Part shown: piece after piece, positions 1 through 10,048 of the stretch
How the letters are laid out: every line of letters begins with the position of its first letter
Position numbering within the stretch: position 1 is the first letter of the stretch
Source: Escherichia phage vB_EcoM_SA21RB
Sequence record: OL960580
DNA length: 64,000 nt
Strand: one strand, 5' to 3'
Position numbers and translations under genes: made by a program
The notes under the pieces: model-generated
Told to the model about the DNA's origin: nothing
Seen by the model: only the letters and a program-made list of their open reading frames with translations
Databases searched by the model: none

Positions 1-1398
1 CAGGCATTTGGTTCTTTCTTAACAGAAGCTGAAATCGGTGGTGACCACGGTTACAATGCTACTAACATCGCTGCAGGTCAGACTTCTGGCGCAGTAACTC
101 AGATTGGCCCGGCTGTTATGGGTATGGTACGTCGTGCTATTCCTAACCTGATTGCTTTCGATATTTGCGGTGTTCAGCCGATGAGCAGCCCAACCGGTCA
201 GGTATTCGCACTGCGCGCAGTATATGGTAAAGACCCAATCGCTGCCGATGCTAAAGAAGCATTCCACCCAATGTATGGTCCAGATGCAATGTTCTCTGGT
301 CAGGGTGCTGCTAAGAAATTCCCAGCTCTGGCTGCTAGCACACAAACCGTTGTAGGTGATATCTATACTCACTTCTTCCAGGAAACTGGTACTGTGTATC
401 TGCAAGCTTCCGCTGTAGTAACAATCGATGCTAGTGCTACTGATGCAGCTAAATTAGATGCTGAAATTAAGAAACAAATGGAAGCTGGTGCACTGGTAGA
501 AATCGCTGAAGGTATGGCTACTTCTATCGCTGAACTCCAGGAAGGTTTCAACGGTTCTACCGATAACCCATGGAATGAAATGGGCTTCCGTATCGATAAA
601 CAAGTTATCGAAGCTAAATCTCGTCAGCTGAAAGCTGCTTACTCTATCGAATTAGCACAAGACCTCCGCGCTGTTCACGGTATGGATGCTGATGCTGAAC
701 TGTCTGGTATTCTGGCTACCGAAATCATGCTGGAAATCAACCGCGAAGTTGTTGATTGGATTAACTACTCAGCTCAGGTTGGTAAATCTGGTATGACCCT
801 GACTCCGGGTTCTAAAGCTGGTGTATTTGACTTCCAGGATCCGATTGATATTCGTGGTGCTCGCTGGGCGGGTGAATCCTTTAAAGCTCTGTTGTTCCAG
901 ATTGACAAAGAAGCAGTTGAAATTGCTCGTCAGACCGGTCGTGGTGAAGGTAACTTCATTATCGCTTCCCGTAACGTAGTTAACGTACTGGCTTCAGTTG
1001 ATACTGGTATTTCTTATGCTGCACAGGGTCTGGCTACCGGCTTTAACACTGATACTACCAAGTCAGTATTTGCTGGTGTTCTGGGTGGTAAATACCGTGT
1101 ATATATCGATCAGTATGCTAAACAGGATTATTTCACTGTAGGTTATAAAGGTCCGAACGAAATGGATGCTGGTATTTACTATGCTCCATATGTAGCTCTG
1201 ACTCCGCTGCGTGGTTCCGATCCGAAGAACTTCCAACCAGTAATGGGATTCAAAACTCGTTACGGTATCGGTATCAACCCATTTGCAGAATCCGCTGCTC
1301 AGGCTCCGGCTTCTCGCATCCAGAGCGGTATGCCTTCTATTCTGAATAGCCTTGGTAAAAACGCTTACTTCCGCCGTGTATATGTTAAAGGTATCTAA
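1..1398 (+). CDS. 23: major capsid protein gp23, 3' portion (5' end lies upstream of window)
   Basis: Frame 1 is open from base 1 and reads ...AEIGGDHGYNATNIAAGQTSGAVTQIGPAVMGMVRR..., matching T4 gp23; the ORF track starts only at an internal Met (118). Confidence 0.95.
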   Translation, partial: QAFGSFLTEAEIGGDHGYNATNIAAGQTSGAVTQIGPAVMGMVRRAIPNLIAFDICGVQPMSSPTGQVFALRAVYGKDPIAADAKEAFHPMYGPDAMFSGQGAAKKFPALAASTQTVVGDIYTHFFQETGTVYLQASAVVTIDASATDAAKLDAEIKKQMEAGALVEIAEGMATSIAELQEGFNGSTDNPWNEMGFRIDKQVIEAKSRQLKAAYSIELAQDLRAVHGMDADAELSGILATEIMLEINREVVDWINYSAQVGKSGMTLTPGSKAGVFDFQDPIDIRGARWAGESFKALLFQIDKEAVEIARQTGRGEGNFIIASRNVVNVLASVDTGISYAAQGLATGFNTDTTKSVFAGVLGGKYRVYIDQYAKQDYFTVGYKGPNEMDAGIYYAPYVALTPLRGSDPKNFQPVMGFKTRYGIGINPFAESAAQAPASRIQSGMPSILNSLGKNAYFRRVYVKGI

Positions 1399-1411
1399 TC
1401 TTTGACGATTT

Positions 1412-1441
1412 AAGGGACCTTCGGGTCCCTTAGTTGTTTTT
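1412..1441 (+). terminator. intrinsic terminator after gene 23
   Basis: hairpin agggacc-ttcg-ggtccct followed by a T-rich tract. Confidence 0.7.
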
Positions 1442-1445
1442 ATGG

Positions 1446-1453
1446 TATAAATA
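1446..1453 (+). promoter_or_regulatory. T4-type late promoter for gene 24
   Basis: exact TATAAATA about 28 bp upstream of the gene 24 ATG. Confidence 0.6.
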
Positions 1454-1480
1454 AATCATATAAACCAAAAGGAAAGCGCA

Positions 1481-2764
1481 ATGGCTAAAATCAACGAACT
1501 TCTGCGCGAATCAACCACAACGAATAGCAACTCAATCGGTCGCCCAAATCTCGTTGCTTTGACTCGCGCTACCACTAAATTAATATATTCTGACATTGTA
1601 GCAACGCAAAGAACTAATCAACCTGTTGCTGCTTTTTATGGTATCAAATACCTTAACCCAGATAACGAATTTACGTTTAAAACTGGTGCTACTTACGCTG
1701 GCGAAGCTGGATATGTAGACCGAGAACAAATCACAGAATTAACAGAAGAGTCTAAATTAACTCTCAATAAAGGCGATTTATTCAAATATAATAATATCGT
1801 TTATAAAGTATTAGAAGATACACCATTTGCTACCATTGAAGAAAGCGATTTAGAACTAGCTCTTCAGATTGCAATTGTTCTTTTAAAGGTTCGTCTATTT
1901 TCTGACGCAGCGTCAACGAGCAAATTTGAAAGCTCTGATAGCGAAATTGCTGATGCTAGATTCCAGATTAATAAATGGCAAACCGCAGTTAAATCTCGTA
2001 AACTTAAAACTGGCATTACAGTTGAATTAGCACAAGATTTAGAAGCAAATGGATTCGATGCTCCTAATTTCTTGGAAGATTTGCTTGCAACTGAAATGGC
2101 AGATGAAATCAATAAAGATATTCTGCAATCTTTGATTACAGTATCAAAACGCTATAAAGTTACAGGAATTACTGATACTGGATTCATTGATTTGAGTTAT
2201 GCATCTGCACCTGAAGCTGGTCGTTCATTATACCGAATGGTATGTGAAATGGTTTCGCATATCCAAAAAGAATCAACTTATACTGCAACGTTCTGTGTTG
2301 CTTCAGCTCGTGCCGCTGCGATTCTTGCTGCATCAGGTTGGTTAAAACATAAACCAGAAGATGACAAATATCTTTCACAAAATGCCTACGGGTTCTTAGC
2401 TAATGGTTTACCGCTTTATTGCGATACTAACAGCCCATTAGATTATGTAATCGTTGGTGTAGTAGAAAATATCGGTGAAAAAGAAATTGTTGGGTCAATT
2501 TTCTATGCTCCGTATACAGAAGGTCTTGACTTAGATGACCCTGAACATGTAGGTGCATTTAAAGTTGTAGTCGATCCAGAAAGTTTGCAGCCATCTATCG
2601 GTTTATTAGTTAGATATGCTTTATCTGCAAATCCTTACACTGTAGCAAAAGATGAAAAAGAAGCAAGAATAATTGATGGTGGAGACATGGATAAAATGGC
2701 GGGTCGTTCAGATTTGTCTGTTTTATTAGGTGTTAAACTGCCAAAAATTATCGTTGATGAATAA
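1481..2764 (+). CDS. 24: capsid vertex protein gp24
   Basis: 427 aa, MAKINELLRESTT...; gp23 paralog; length and sequence match T4 gp24. Confidence 0.95.
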   Translation: MAKINELLRESTTTNSNSIGRPNLVALTRATTKLIYSDIVATQRTNQPVAAFYGIKYLNPDNEFTFKTGATYAGEAGYVDREQITELTEESKLTLNKGDLFKYNNIVYKVLEDTPFATIEESDLELALQIAIVLLKVRLFSDAASTSKFESSDSEIADARFQINKWQTAVKSRKLKTGITVELAQDLEANGFDAPNFLEDLLATEMADEINKDILQSLITVSKRYKVTGITDTGFIDLSYASAPEAGRSLYRMVCEMVSHIQKESTYTATFCVASARAAAILAASGWLKHKPEDDKYLSQNAYGFLANGLPLYCDTNSPLDYVIVGVVENIGEKEIVGSIFYAPYTEGLDLDDPEHVGAFKVVVDPESLQPSIGLLVRYALSANPYTVAKDEKEARIIDGGDMDKMAGRSDLSVLLGVKLPKIIVDE

Positions 2765-2769
2765 AACAA

Positions 2770-2796
2770 AGGGACCGAAAGGTCCCTTTTTATTTA
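2770..2796. terminator. bidirectional hairpin terminator between gene 24 and rnlB
   Basis: gggacc-gaaa-ggtccc flanked by A-run and T-run. Confidence 0.65.
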
Positions 2797-3798
2797 ACTT
2801 ACCAATTCAATCCAAGCCGGACGAAGTACATCTTGTACCATTTTAACTAATTCCTTTTTAATCAAAGAAGGATTATCCGCTTGAGTTAGAGTAATACCTT
2901 CACGAGAAGTTTCTTCCAAAATATCTTGAACAGTTAGTCCCATCACCTTTCCAAAATCCTTTGGACCAATTTCGCCAATTTTAGAAATAACGTTATTTAC
3001 TCGGTTCAGTGTAACGTAGCAAGCTAAAATTCCCAGCAATTTATTATCAGCTTCTGACAACTCAACTTTAGCTTTAATAGGCTTATCAGACTTTTTCTTT
3101 TCGCTGAATTTAGAGTTCTTGCATTTAATCGCTACGCGATTGCCATTAGGCATCCAAGAAGGATAACAAGGTTTTAATACATAACCTTCAGCGGTAAATA
3201 CTTCGCCTTTTGCTTCGGCATTCCAAACGCATTTATTTGCATCAACTAATCCAGCGTGGTCTACCGTAAAATTATAATCCTGGACGACAGAATCTAAATC
3301 ATTTGGCAATTTAATAAGTTCTTCAAATTTACCACGACCCAAAAGTGGAGCCATTTTAAATTTGAATGTATTACAGAATGATTCCATCATATAATCATCG
3401 ACATAAGTCACATCACCACTTTCTGTAGTAACAATAATGTCAAATACATAAAAATCTTTATCGCCATAATCAACATTCTTCTGAATGCCAGGTCCAGCGA
3501 ATTCGCCGAAAACTTGATAAGATACAACCGCTGAAGTTTCCATAATATCTTGTACTGCTTTAATGGAATCAGCGTAATTCTTTAGAATAATTTCATACCC
3601 AAAGAAATCTTCAGCAGGAAGAATCGGTCCAGTACGTTTAGCACAAGTTGCTTTATCGCGTTCAATAATCAGTGAGAAATTTGTGCCATGAATCTTTTCA
3701 CGAGCTACCCATTCGCCACCAGTCAATCCTAAACTGTAGAGTTTTTCAATGAATTTAGAATTGTAATGATTTTCAAGACTGCTATACTTTTTAAACAT
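2794..3798 (-). CDS. rnlB: RNA ligase 2
   Basis: 334 aa, [20 protein letters not shown]...KIHGTN (adenylyl-lysine motif); matches T4 Rnl2 in length and sequence. Confidence 0.93.
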   Translation of the reverse strand: MFKKYSSLENHYNSKFIEKLYSLGLTGGEWVAREKIHGTNFSLIIERDKATCAKRTGPILPAEDFFGYEIILKNYADSIKAVQDIMETSAVVSYQVFGEFAGPGIQKNVDYGDKDFYVFDIIVTTESGDVTYVDDYMMESFCNTFKFKMAPLLGRGKFEELIKLPNDLDSVVQDYNFTVDHAGLVDANKCVWNAEAKGEVFTAEGYVLKPCYPSWMPNGNRVAIKCKNSKFSEKKKSDKPIKAKVELSEADNKLLGILACYVTLNRVNNVISKIGEIGPKDFGKVMGLTVQDILEETSREGITLTQADNPSLIKKELVKMVQDVLRPAWIELVS

Positions 3799-3807
3799 AA
3801 TTAATCC

Positions 3808-4086
3808 TCAAAATGTAATTTCTAACCAATCACCATCACGCTGATCACTATTGACTTTAAAGCTAAATCCTTCTTTTCTCAGCCAATCACCAATTTCTTC
3901 AGTAATCAATTTATCGCGAGCAGCACAATAATAACTAAAATATGTTTTACCTTGTTCAGCTGCTTTATTAGCAAGTTCCGAAAAATCTTTAATAAAACAC
4001 TCTAGTTTAAACTGTTTACTTTTAAGTGCTTTTTCGCGTAATTGATTAGCAAAAGATTCATTTTCATAAAGATCATACTGTTCCAT
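3808..4086 (-). CDS. hypothetical protein (position of T4 24.2)
   Basis: 92 aa ORF, AT-rich phage codon usage, tight spacing to neighbours. Confidence 0.6.
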   Translation of the reverse strand: MEQYDLYENESFANQLREKALKSKQFKLECFIKDFSELANKAAEQGKTYFSYYCAARDKLITEEIGDWLRKEGFSFKVNSDQRDGDWLEITF

Positions 4087-4288
4087 TTTTCACCTTTTTA
4101 TTAATATGTCTTTTTCTATAGACAACTTTTTCTCGAGTCTCAAATTTATTCTTAGCAGTCATAGCTCGAGCCCACAATACAGCCACTTCTTTCGCCTGCA
4201 AGTTCAATTCACGAGCAATTTCAATGAATGACTTTCCAGACTCATGAAGAGTAAACACCACAACCTCAGTTCTCATAATCAATCTCAT
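4073..4288 (-). CDS. hypothetical small protein with possible helix-turn-helix (position of T4 24.3)
   Basis: 71 aa ORF; segment SGKSFIEIARELNLQAKEVAVLWARA resembles a DNA-binding HTH. Confidence 0.5.
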   Translation of the reverse strand: MRLIMRTEVVVFTLHESGKSFIEIARELNLQAKEVAVLWARAMTAKNKFETREKVVYRKRHINKKVKNGTV

Positions 4289-4356
4289 GTTATCGAGTTG
4301 ATGCCATTATATACAACGTTTTCTGATTGTGTCTTGCGTGCTTTCAAAATGAAGAA

Positions 4357-4372
4357 AGGGGCCGAAGCCCCT
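4357..4372 (-). terminator. hairpin downstream of hoc
   Basis: ggggcc-gaag-cccc stem-loop immediately 3' of the hoc stop. Confidence 0.5.
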
Positions 4373-4376
4373 GAGA

Positions 4377-5507
4377 TTATGGATAGGTATAGATGATACC
4401 AGTTTCTAAAGCAGTTTTATGAATGATGTATCCATTGCGCGATTCTTGAACATCAACTTCTGGATAGTCTTTCATCATCTTCTGAAGAGTGTAACGATGC
4501 AAGTAGTACTTACTATCTGGGTCGTCAGTTTTCCAATCTTTACCTTCTTCAGTCATTTTTTGGATTTCATCCATAACCCACCAACCGCACCAGATGTAAG
4601 CTGAAGTACGATGTGGAAGAGGATGAACATAAGGCAATTCACCTTCTGGTTCCGGAGCAACTTTATCAGTTACCTGAACTTGACCTTCTGCTGTGATAGT
4701 TTTGCTATCATAATCAGTAGCGGTAACAGTTGCAGTAACTTCAATAGTTTGACTTCCAATAGATGATGTATCAACGGTGTATACATTAGTTGACCCTTCT
4801 ACTGGAGAAGAATCTTTCTTCCATGAATATTCAATTTGCGCTTCTTCTGGAGCATCAGTGACATTAGCAGTAAATGTAGCCGAAGCATCCTGCTGAACGT
4901 TAATAGAAGGAGGAGTCAATATAACCTGTGGATTCATTGTCTTCTTATTAACTGTCAATGATACTTCATTAGAAGTAACTTCCTTTGCATCATAATCTGC
5001 CGCTGTTACTTGAGCTACGCATTTAATTCTTTTTACTCCACTTGTAGTTGGAGTATAGCTAAATGTAGCGGAAGTTGCTTCACTAACAGGAGAATCATCT
5101 ACATGCCACTGATACGTAGCAGATGCGCCTGATGGTTGAGAAGCTAAAGCAGCAGTAAATTCAACAGGAGTTCCAATCACTCCAGCAGCAGGACTATCAG
5201 GAGTTACAGCTAAGGTAGTTGTCTGTGTCTTATTTTGAACTGTGATAGTTGTAGTAGCTTCTGCTGTTTCAGCATCAGTATCTGGAACTGTGTTTGTTGC
5301 AACTACTTTAATAGTCTTTTGACCAGCAGGTCCTTTTAATACATAATCAAAAGTTGCTGCTGATCCTTCTTGAGGAGCATTATCTACGCTCCAAGCATAG
5401 GTAATAGTTCCACCTCCAGTTTCACCACTGGGTGTAGCAGTAAACTGCTGAGTCTGATCTATAACTCCAGTAGGTGTTTTAGGAGTTATATCAACTGTAA
5501 AAGCCAT
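4377..5507 (-). CDS. hoc: Hoc, highly immunogenic outer capsid protein (Ig-like repeats)
   Basis: 376 aa; MAFTVDITPKTPTGVID... and C-terminal ...YIWCGWWVMDEIQK...TYP match T4 Hoc. Confidence 0.93.
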   Translation of the reverse strand: MAFTVDITPKTPTGVIDQTQQFTATPSGETGGGTITYAWSVDNAPQEGSAATFDYVLKGPAGQKTIKVVATNTVPDTDAETAEATTTITVQNKTQTTTLAVTPDSPAAGVIGTPVEFTAALASQPSGASATYQWHVDDSPVSEATSATFSYTPTTSGVKRIKCVAQVTAADYDAKEVTSNEVSLTVNKKTMNPQVILTPPSINVQQDASATFTANVTDAPEEAQIEYSWKKDSSPVEGSTNVYTVDTSSIGSQTIEVTATVTATDYDSKTITAEGQVQVTDKVAPEPEGELPYVHPLPHRTSAYIWCGWWVMDEIQKMTEEGKDWKTDDPDSKYYLHRYTLQKMMKDYPEVDVQESRNGYIIHKTALETGIIYTYP

Positions 5508-5516
5508 AAGTTATCC

Positions 5517-6197
5517 TTATTTTAATGTCACGAAAGAAGAGTTGCGTGTTTCACGAATTAAAACTGATCCGTCACGGTTAATGTAATAGATTAAGCTAAA
5601 TAAAGTTTGGTGTGCTGACGCGTGTTCAAAACTAGTTGGGTGAGATTTCCAATCCGGAGTTTCAGCAATCCATTGATAAATCCACCAAGGAACAGTACAG
5701 AATCCTGGATTTTTTCCAATCAGCTGAAGATTCGGACTAAAGTTTTCCGGAAGAGTAAATACAGACGGCTTTTCAGATTCAATAATCTCAGCTACGGCCT
5801 GCTCGAATTTTTCTTCAACAAAAGGAGTATCTTCAATCAAAACATCGGTATTTTCAGGAATTTTATCCTTTTCTACTACTTCAATTTTAATGTCAGATTT
5901 AACCGGAGAATCAATCAGAAGTGCTGCTTCTGGATTGACTTCTTCATCGTCATATTTTAATCCTTCTGCAGCATCAGCAGCATTAATTAAGTCTTTAATA
6001 GATAACCCATCAGTCTCTGGCATAGGTTCACTAGCGAGCTTCTGGAGGGCTTCTTCAATATCAACAACGATATTATCAAAAGATTTATTCTTTTTGACCT
6101 TTATACCAAACTGTTCAGCATATTCAGCTAATTTAGCTTTAGCTTCTTTATTATCATCAAGAGCCTTCAGCTCTGCAATATAATCTTTATCTATCAT
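5517..6197 (-). CDS. inh: Inh, inhibitor of prohead protease
   Basis: 226 aa; synteny between hoc and uvsW; length matches T4 Inh. Confidence 0.8.
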   Translation of the reverse strand: MIDKDYIAELKALDDNKEAKAKLAEYAEQFGIKVKKNKSFDNIVVDIEEALQKLASEPMPETDGLSIKDLINAADAAEGLKYDDEEVNPEAALLIDSPVKSDIKIEVVEKDKIPENTDVLIEDTPFVEEKFEQAVAEIIESEKPSVFTLPENFSPNLQLIGKNPGFCTVPWWIYQWIAETPDWKSHPTSFEHASAHQTLFSLIYYINRDGSVLIRETRNSSFVTLK

Positions 6198-6210
6198 AAT
6201 ATTTCCTCAG

Positions 6211-6218
6211 TATAAATA
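6211..6218 (+). promoter_or_regulatory. late promoter for uvsW
   Basis: exact TATAAATA 30 bp upstream of the uvsW ATG. Confidence 0.55.
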
Positions 6219-6247
6219 TAGATATATTTATTACATGGTATTTAGAC

Positions 6248-7759
6248 ATGACTGACATTAAAGTACATTTTTATGATTTTAGTCACGTGAGAATTGATTG
6301 TGAAGAAAGTACATTTCATGAACTCCGTGATTTCTTTAGCTTTGAAGCTGATGGGTATCGTTTTAATCCGAAGTACAAATATGGCCACTGGGATGGACGA
6401 ATCCGTCTTTTAGATTATAATCGCCTTCTTCCATTTGGTTTAGTCGGGCAAATTAAAAAGTTCTGTGATAACTTTGGCTATAAAGCCTGGATTGACCCGC
6501 AGATTAACGAAAAAGAAGAATTATCAAGAAAAGATTTTGATGAATGGCTTTCTAAATTAGAAATCTATTCAGGAAATAAAAGAATTGAACCGCACTGGTA
6601 TCAAAAAGATGCAGTGTTCGAAGGATTAGTTAATCGTCGTAGAATTCTTAATCTTCCAACATCCGCAGGTAAATCCTTAATTCAAGCTTTGCTTGCACGT
6701 TATTATTTGGAAAATTATGAAGGTAAAATTCTTATCATTGTTCCAACAACTGCTCTGACAACTCAGATGGCTGATGACTTTGTTGACTATCGTTTATTCA
6801 GTCATGCAATGATAAAGAAAATCGGTGGTGGAGCATCAAAAGATGATAAATATAAAAATGATGCACCGGTCGTTGTTGGTACATGGCAAACTGTAGTAAA
6901 ACAACCGAAAGAATGGTTCTCACAGTTTGGAATGATGATGAATGATGAATGCCATCTTGCTACAGGAAAAAGTATTTCATCTATCATATCAGGTTTAAAT
7001 AACTGTATGTTTAAATTTGGTTTGTCCGGTTCATTGCGCGATGGCAAAGCTAATATCATGCAGTATGTTGGAATGTTTGGTGAAATATTTAAGCCAGTAA
7101 CGACTTCTAAATTAATGGAAGATGGACAAGTAACTGAGCTAAAAATTAATAGTATTTTTCTTCGCTATCCTGATGAGTTCACTACTAAATTAAAGGGAAA
7201 AACTTACCAAGAAGAAATAAAAATTATTACTGGGCTCAGTAAAAGAAATAAATGGATCGCTAAATTAGCTATTAAACTTGCACAAAAAGATGAAAACGCT
7301 TTTGTCATGTTTAAACACGTATCGCACGGTAAAGCTATTTTCGATTTAATTAAAAATGAATACGATAAAGTTTATTACGTATCAGGGGAAGTTGATACCG
7401 AAACCCGCAATATAATGAAAACCTTAGCTGAAAATGGTAAAGGAATAATTATAGTAGCTAGTTATGGTGTATTTTCTACTGGTATTTCAGTTAAAAATCT
7501 GCATCACGTTGTTTTAGCGCACGGTGTTAAATCTAAAATTATTGTATTGCAAACAATCGGTCGTGTATTACGTAAGCATGGTTCTAAGACAATAGCAACC
7601 GTCTGGGACCTCATAGATGATTGTGGCGTTAAGCCAAAATCTGCTAATACGAAAAAGAAATATGTTCATTTGAACTATCTTTTAAAACACGGCATTGATC
7701 GTATTCAGCGCTACGCAGATGAAAAATTTAATTACGTAATGAAAACAGTTAATTTATAA
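6248..7759 (+). CDS. uvsW: UvsW DNA/RNA helicase
   Basis: 503 aa; Walker A LPTSAGKS; sequence matches T4 UvsW. Confidence 0.95.
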   Translation: MTDIKVHFYDFSHVRIDCEESTFHELRDFFSFEADGYRFNPKYKYGHWDGRIRLLDYNRLLPFGLVGQIKKFCDNFGYKAWIDPQINEKEELSRKDFDEWLSKLEIYSGNKRIEPHWYQKDAVFEGLVNRRRILNLPTSAGKSLIQALLARYYLENYEGKILIIVPTTALTTQMADDFVDYRLFSHAMIKKIGGGASKDDKYKNDAPVVVGTWQTVVKQPKEWFSQFGMMMNDECHLATGKSISSIISGLNNCMFKFGLSGSLRDGKANIMQYVGMFGEIFKPVTTSKLMEDGQVTELKINSIFLRYPDEFTTKLKGKTYQEEIKIITGLSKRNKWIAKLAIKLAQKDENAFVMFKHVSHGKAIFDLIKNEYDKVYYVSGEVDTETRNIMKTLAENGKGIIIVASYGVFSTGISVKNLHHVVLAHGVKSKIIVLQTIGRVLRKHGSKTIATVWDLIDDCGVKPKSANTKKKYVHLNYLLKHGIDRIQRYADEKFNYVMKTVNL

Positions 7760-7772
7760 GGGCTTCGGCCCT

Positions 7773-8015
7773 TTGGAGAAAAAGATGTTACTAGAATTTA
7801 AACAATTTCTTTATGAAGCTTCTATTGATGAATTTATGGGTAAAATTGCCTCTTGCCAAACATTAGAAGGTCTAGAAGAACTTGAAGCTTATTATAAGAA
7901 AAGAGTTAAAGAAACTGAATTAAAAGATACTGATGACATCTCTGTGAGAGATGCTTTGGCAGGAAAAAGAGCTGAATTAGAAGATTCAGACGATGAAGTA
8001 GAAGAAAGCTTTTAA
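7773..8015 (+). CDS. uvsW.1: UvsW.1 small acidic helicase accessory protein
   Basis: 80 aa ORF immediately after uvsW with its own SD (ggag); acidic C terminus. Confidence 0.8.
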   Translation: MEKKMLLEFKQFLYEASIDEFMGKIASCQTLEGLEELEAYYKKRVKETELKDTDDISVRDALAGKRAELEDSDDEVEESF

Positions 8016-8071
8016 ATTAAAAAAGGCCCAACCAAAAAAGGAAGGGCCAAAACTATAGACTAAAGGTCACA

Positions 8072-8239
8072 CTATAGCAAAAGTTGTGTTTCATTTAATT
8101 GTTCTTCCGAACTTTCTGAAACTGGTAGTTCTTTAATGTAATTATAACAAGGCCCAGGATGTACAGGACCTTTGTCTGTTTCAACAACCAATGCAGAATC
8201 GATTGGAGTTTTACAGACAACACAAATCTTATCTGACAT
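8072..8239 (-). CDS. small Cys-containing protein (position of T4 uvsY.-2)
   Basis: 55 aa ORF below the 60 aa track cutoff, translated by hand: MSDKICVVCKTPIDSALVVETDKGPVHPGPCYNYIKELPVSESSEEQLNETQLLL; strong SD GAGGAG 5 nt upstream; late promoter TATAAATA (rc of 8268-8275) upstream. Confidence 0.55.
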   Translation of the reverse strand: MSDKICVVCKTPIDSALVVETDKGPVHPGPCYNYIKELPVSESSEEQLNETQLLL

Positions 8240-8269
8240 GATTGTCTCCTCTAAATTATATATATCTAT

Positions 8270-8494
8270 TTATATAACTCTCATATGCATATCAATGCCC
8301 ATATCTTTAGAATAAAAATATTCATCAAGATATCCGGCAAATTTTCCTTTAACATAAAGTACATCTTCACCGCATGGATGGTCGGCCAGGATACGAATAT
8401 CCTGACGCTTGAGATTATACTTTTTCATTAAGAATTGAATTTCCGTTTCGAATTCTTCTTCATAATTAAAAGCATCATCAATGCTATATCTCAT
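8270..8494 (-). CDS. hypothetical protein (position of T4 uvsY.-1)
   Basis: 74 aa ORF, start overlaps the uvsY stop. Confidence 0.7.
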   Translation of the reverse strand: MRYSIDDAFNYEEEFETEIQFLMKKYNLKRQDIRILADHPCGEDVLYVKGKFAGYLDEYFYSKDMGIDMHMRVI

Positions 8495-8907
8495 TATTTT
8501 CCAGCCTCAAATGCTCGCATGTCTTGAATATGCTTAATAGCAAATCCACGTGATTTTATAGCATCAAGAGCTCCGCTACAGAAATCTAATAAAATTCCCC
8601 AATATTGTAATGAAGTATCAACTTTTAAAACATCCTTATCAGCTGATAAAACTGTCTTCATTTCTGATTTCTCATAACGGTCCATACTAAATTCATCACC
8701 ATCTCCTCGTCCCGAGTAGTAGTCTAATTTAGCTTTAAGAGCAACTTTTTTCTGTGCGTCAATTCTAAGCATTTCCTTTTTAATACTTGAATGCTTATTG
8801 AGCCATTTACTATATAACATCACATTATTAGCTGCTTCATACTGTAATTTAGTCGAATCTATAAACACATCTTTCTTCAATTCTTCTTGAAGATCTTCTA
8901 ATTTCAT
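8494..8907 (-). CDS. uvsY: UvsY recombination mediator
   Basis: 137 aa; MKLEDLQEELKKDVFIDSTKLQYEAANN... matches T4 UvsY. Confidence 0.93.
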   Translation of the reverse strand: MKLEDLQEELKKDVFIDSTKLQYEAANNVMLYSKWLNKHSSIKKEMLRIDAQKKVALKAKLDYYSGRGDGDEFSMDRYEKSEMKTVLSADKDVLKVDTSLQYWGILLDFCSGALDAIKSRGFAIKHIQDMRAFEAGK

Positions 8908-8944
8908 ATTGTTCTCTATTCAATTGTTATTGGATGGACTTAGA

Positions 8945-8975
8945 TTCATTATACCACGTTTATACGTGAAGCATT
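8945..8975 (-). promoter_or_regulatory. MotA-dependent middle promoter upstream of uvsY (candidate ori(uvsY) promoter)
   Basis: minus strand reads TGCTTCA (MotA box) - 13 nt - TATAAT, about 35 bp upstream of the uvsY ATG. Confidence 0.55.
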
Positions 8976-9372
8976 ATACTCTGTTACTGGAAGCCAGTTG
9001 CAATTTTATCTGCTCAATATCATCAGGGTTATCGATGACCGAAAAGCGTATTTCTACTATCAGAGTGTAATCATCATAAACTGGTATTACATTAACTGCT
9101 AATTTATCAATACGTGGCTCGTAGTTTCTTACTGCGCTTTCAATGTTACGCTCAACAGTATCAGCAGTAAGAGGAGTCATATTCTCAAAAAGCTGATCAG
9201 ATAAATCACATCCAAATTCTGGGTCAAATGGTCTCGACCCTTTTCTGGTTGTAATAATTCCCAAAAGGCTATTTTTAATTGACCTTAATCCAAGGGATCT
9301 AGAAACATCTTTGTCCCAATCCATTTTCATTTCTGGGTCAATGTCAGAATAAAGTTTATTGATATTTGCCAT
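8974..9372 (-). CDS. 25: baseplate wedge protein gp25
   Basis: 132 aa; [22 protein letters not shown]... matches T4 gp25. Confidence 0.93.
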   Translation of the reverse strand: MANINKLYSDIDPEMKMDWDKDVSRSLGLRSIKNSLLGIITTRKGSRPFDPEFGCDLSDQLFENMTPLTADTVERNIESAVRNYEPRIDKLAVNVIPVYDDYTLIVEIRFSVIDNPDDIEQIKLQLASSNRV

Positions 9373-9998
9373 TACAATAGCTCAAAGAATTCTTTGAGTC
9401 CTCTTATTACATGAGCGTGAGATTTTCCACACTCTGGACATTTAATTGGAACAGCCAAATAAACAGTAGGCTTTAAAAGCATATCTTTTATAGCTACAAT
9501 ATCTGACTCTGTGATGATAGAATATAAATCTTCCAACTCTTTTTCATTCAAGTCTTCAATTGGAATGCTTTCACCGTTAGCATGAATAGTTTCTATACAT
9601 GATACTATCATGTGGGCTATATTTTTATCATCAAAAATTTTAGGGTAATGGAACTTAATTTTAATGTCACCCAGTGTATACCAGAGGTCTTCTGGCGCAT
9701 CTATTTGCGTATGTAATAGATTTATATGGGTTGGTATTTCAGTTCCACAGGTGCACTTCCAGGAGTTTTCGTGATTAACTTCTCCAAGAGAATGCGCCCA
9801 TAAATGAATCAGCAGTAGTTCTGATTCTTGGCGGTTTAAATCTTTTGCATTTGTGCATTCTTTGATTAGCTTTTTAACGATCTCTTCTACTGAACCGTTC
9901 TTTTTAGCAGTAATAAGTTCTAGATATTCTTTAAGAGTAAATGCGCGACAATTGATTATTTTAGAACCAACTCTCACGTCAAATTTGTATTCATACAT
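9372..9998 (-). CDS. 26: baseplate hub protein gp26
   Basis: 208 aa; Cys/His-rich; synteny and length match T4 gp26. Confidence 0.88.
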   Translation of the reverse strand: MYEYKFDVRVGSKIINCRAFTLKEYLELITAKKNGSVEEIVKKLIKECTNAKDLNRQESELLLIHLWAHSLGEVNHENSWKCTCGTEIPTHINLLHTQIDAPEDLWYTLGDIKIKFHYPKIFDDKNIAHMIVSCIETIHANGESIPIEDLNEKELEDLYSIITESDIVAIKDMLLKPTVYLAVPIKCPECGKSHAHVIRGLKEFFELL

Positions 9999-10019
9999 AT
10001 TTAGCTCCTTTATTTATCA

Positions 10020-10031
10020 TATTTATAAATA
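10020..10031. promoter_or_regulatory. divergent overlapping late promoters for genes 26 and 51
   Basis: palindromic TATTTATAAATA gives TATAAATA on both strands between the divergent 26 and 51 starts. Confidence 0.55.
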
Positions 10032-10048
10032 GAATAAAAGGAGCATCT

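Noticed and set aside
7758-7773. GC hairpin between uvsW and uvsW.1 as a terminator
   Set aside because: No T-run follows, and it overlaps the uvsW.1 ribosome-binding site, so it is more likely an intercistronic structure than a terminator.
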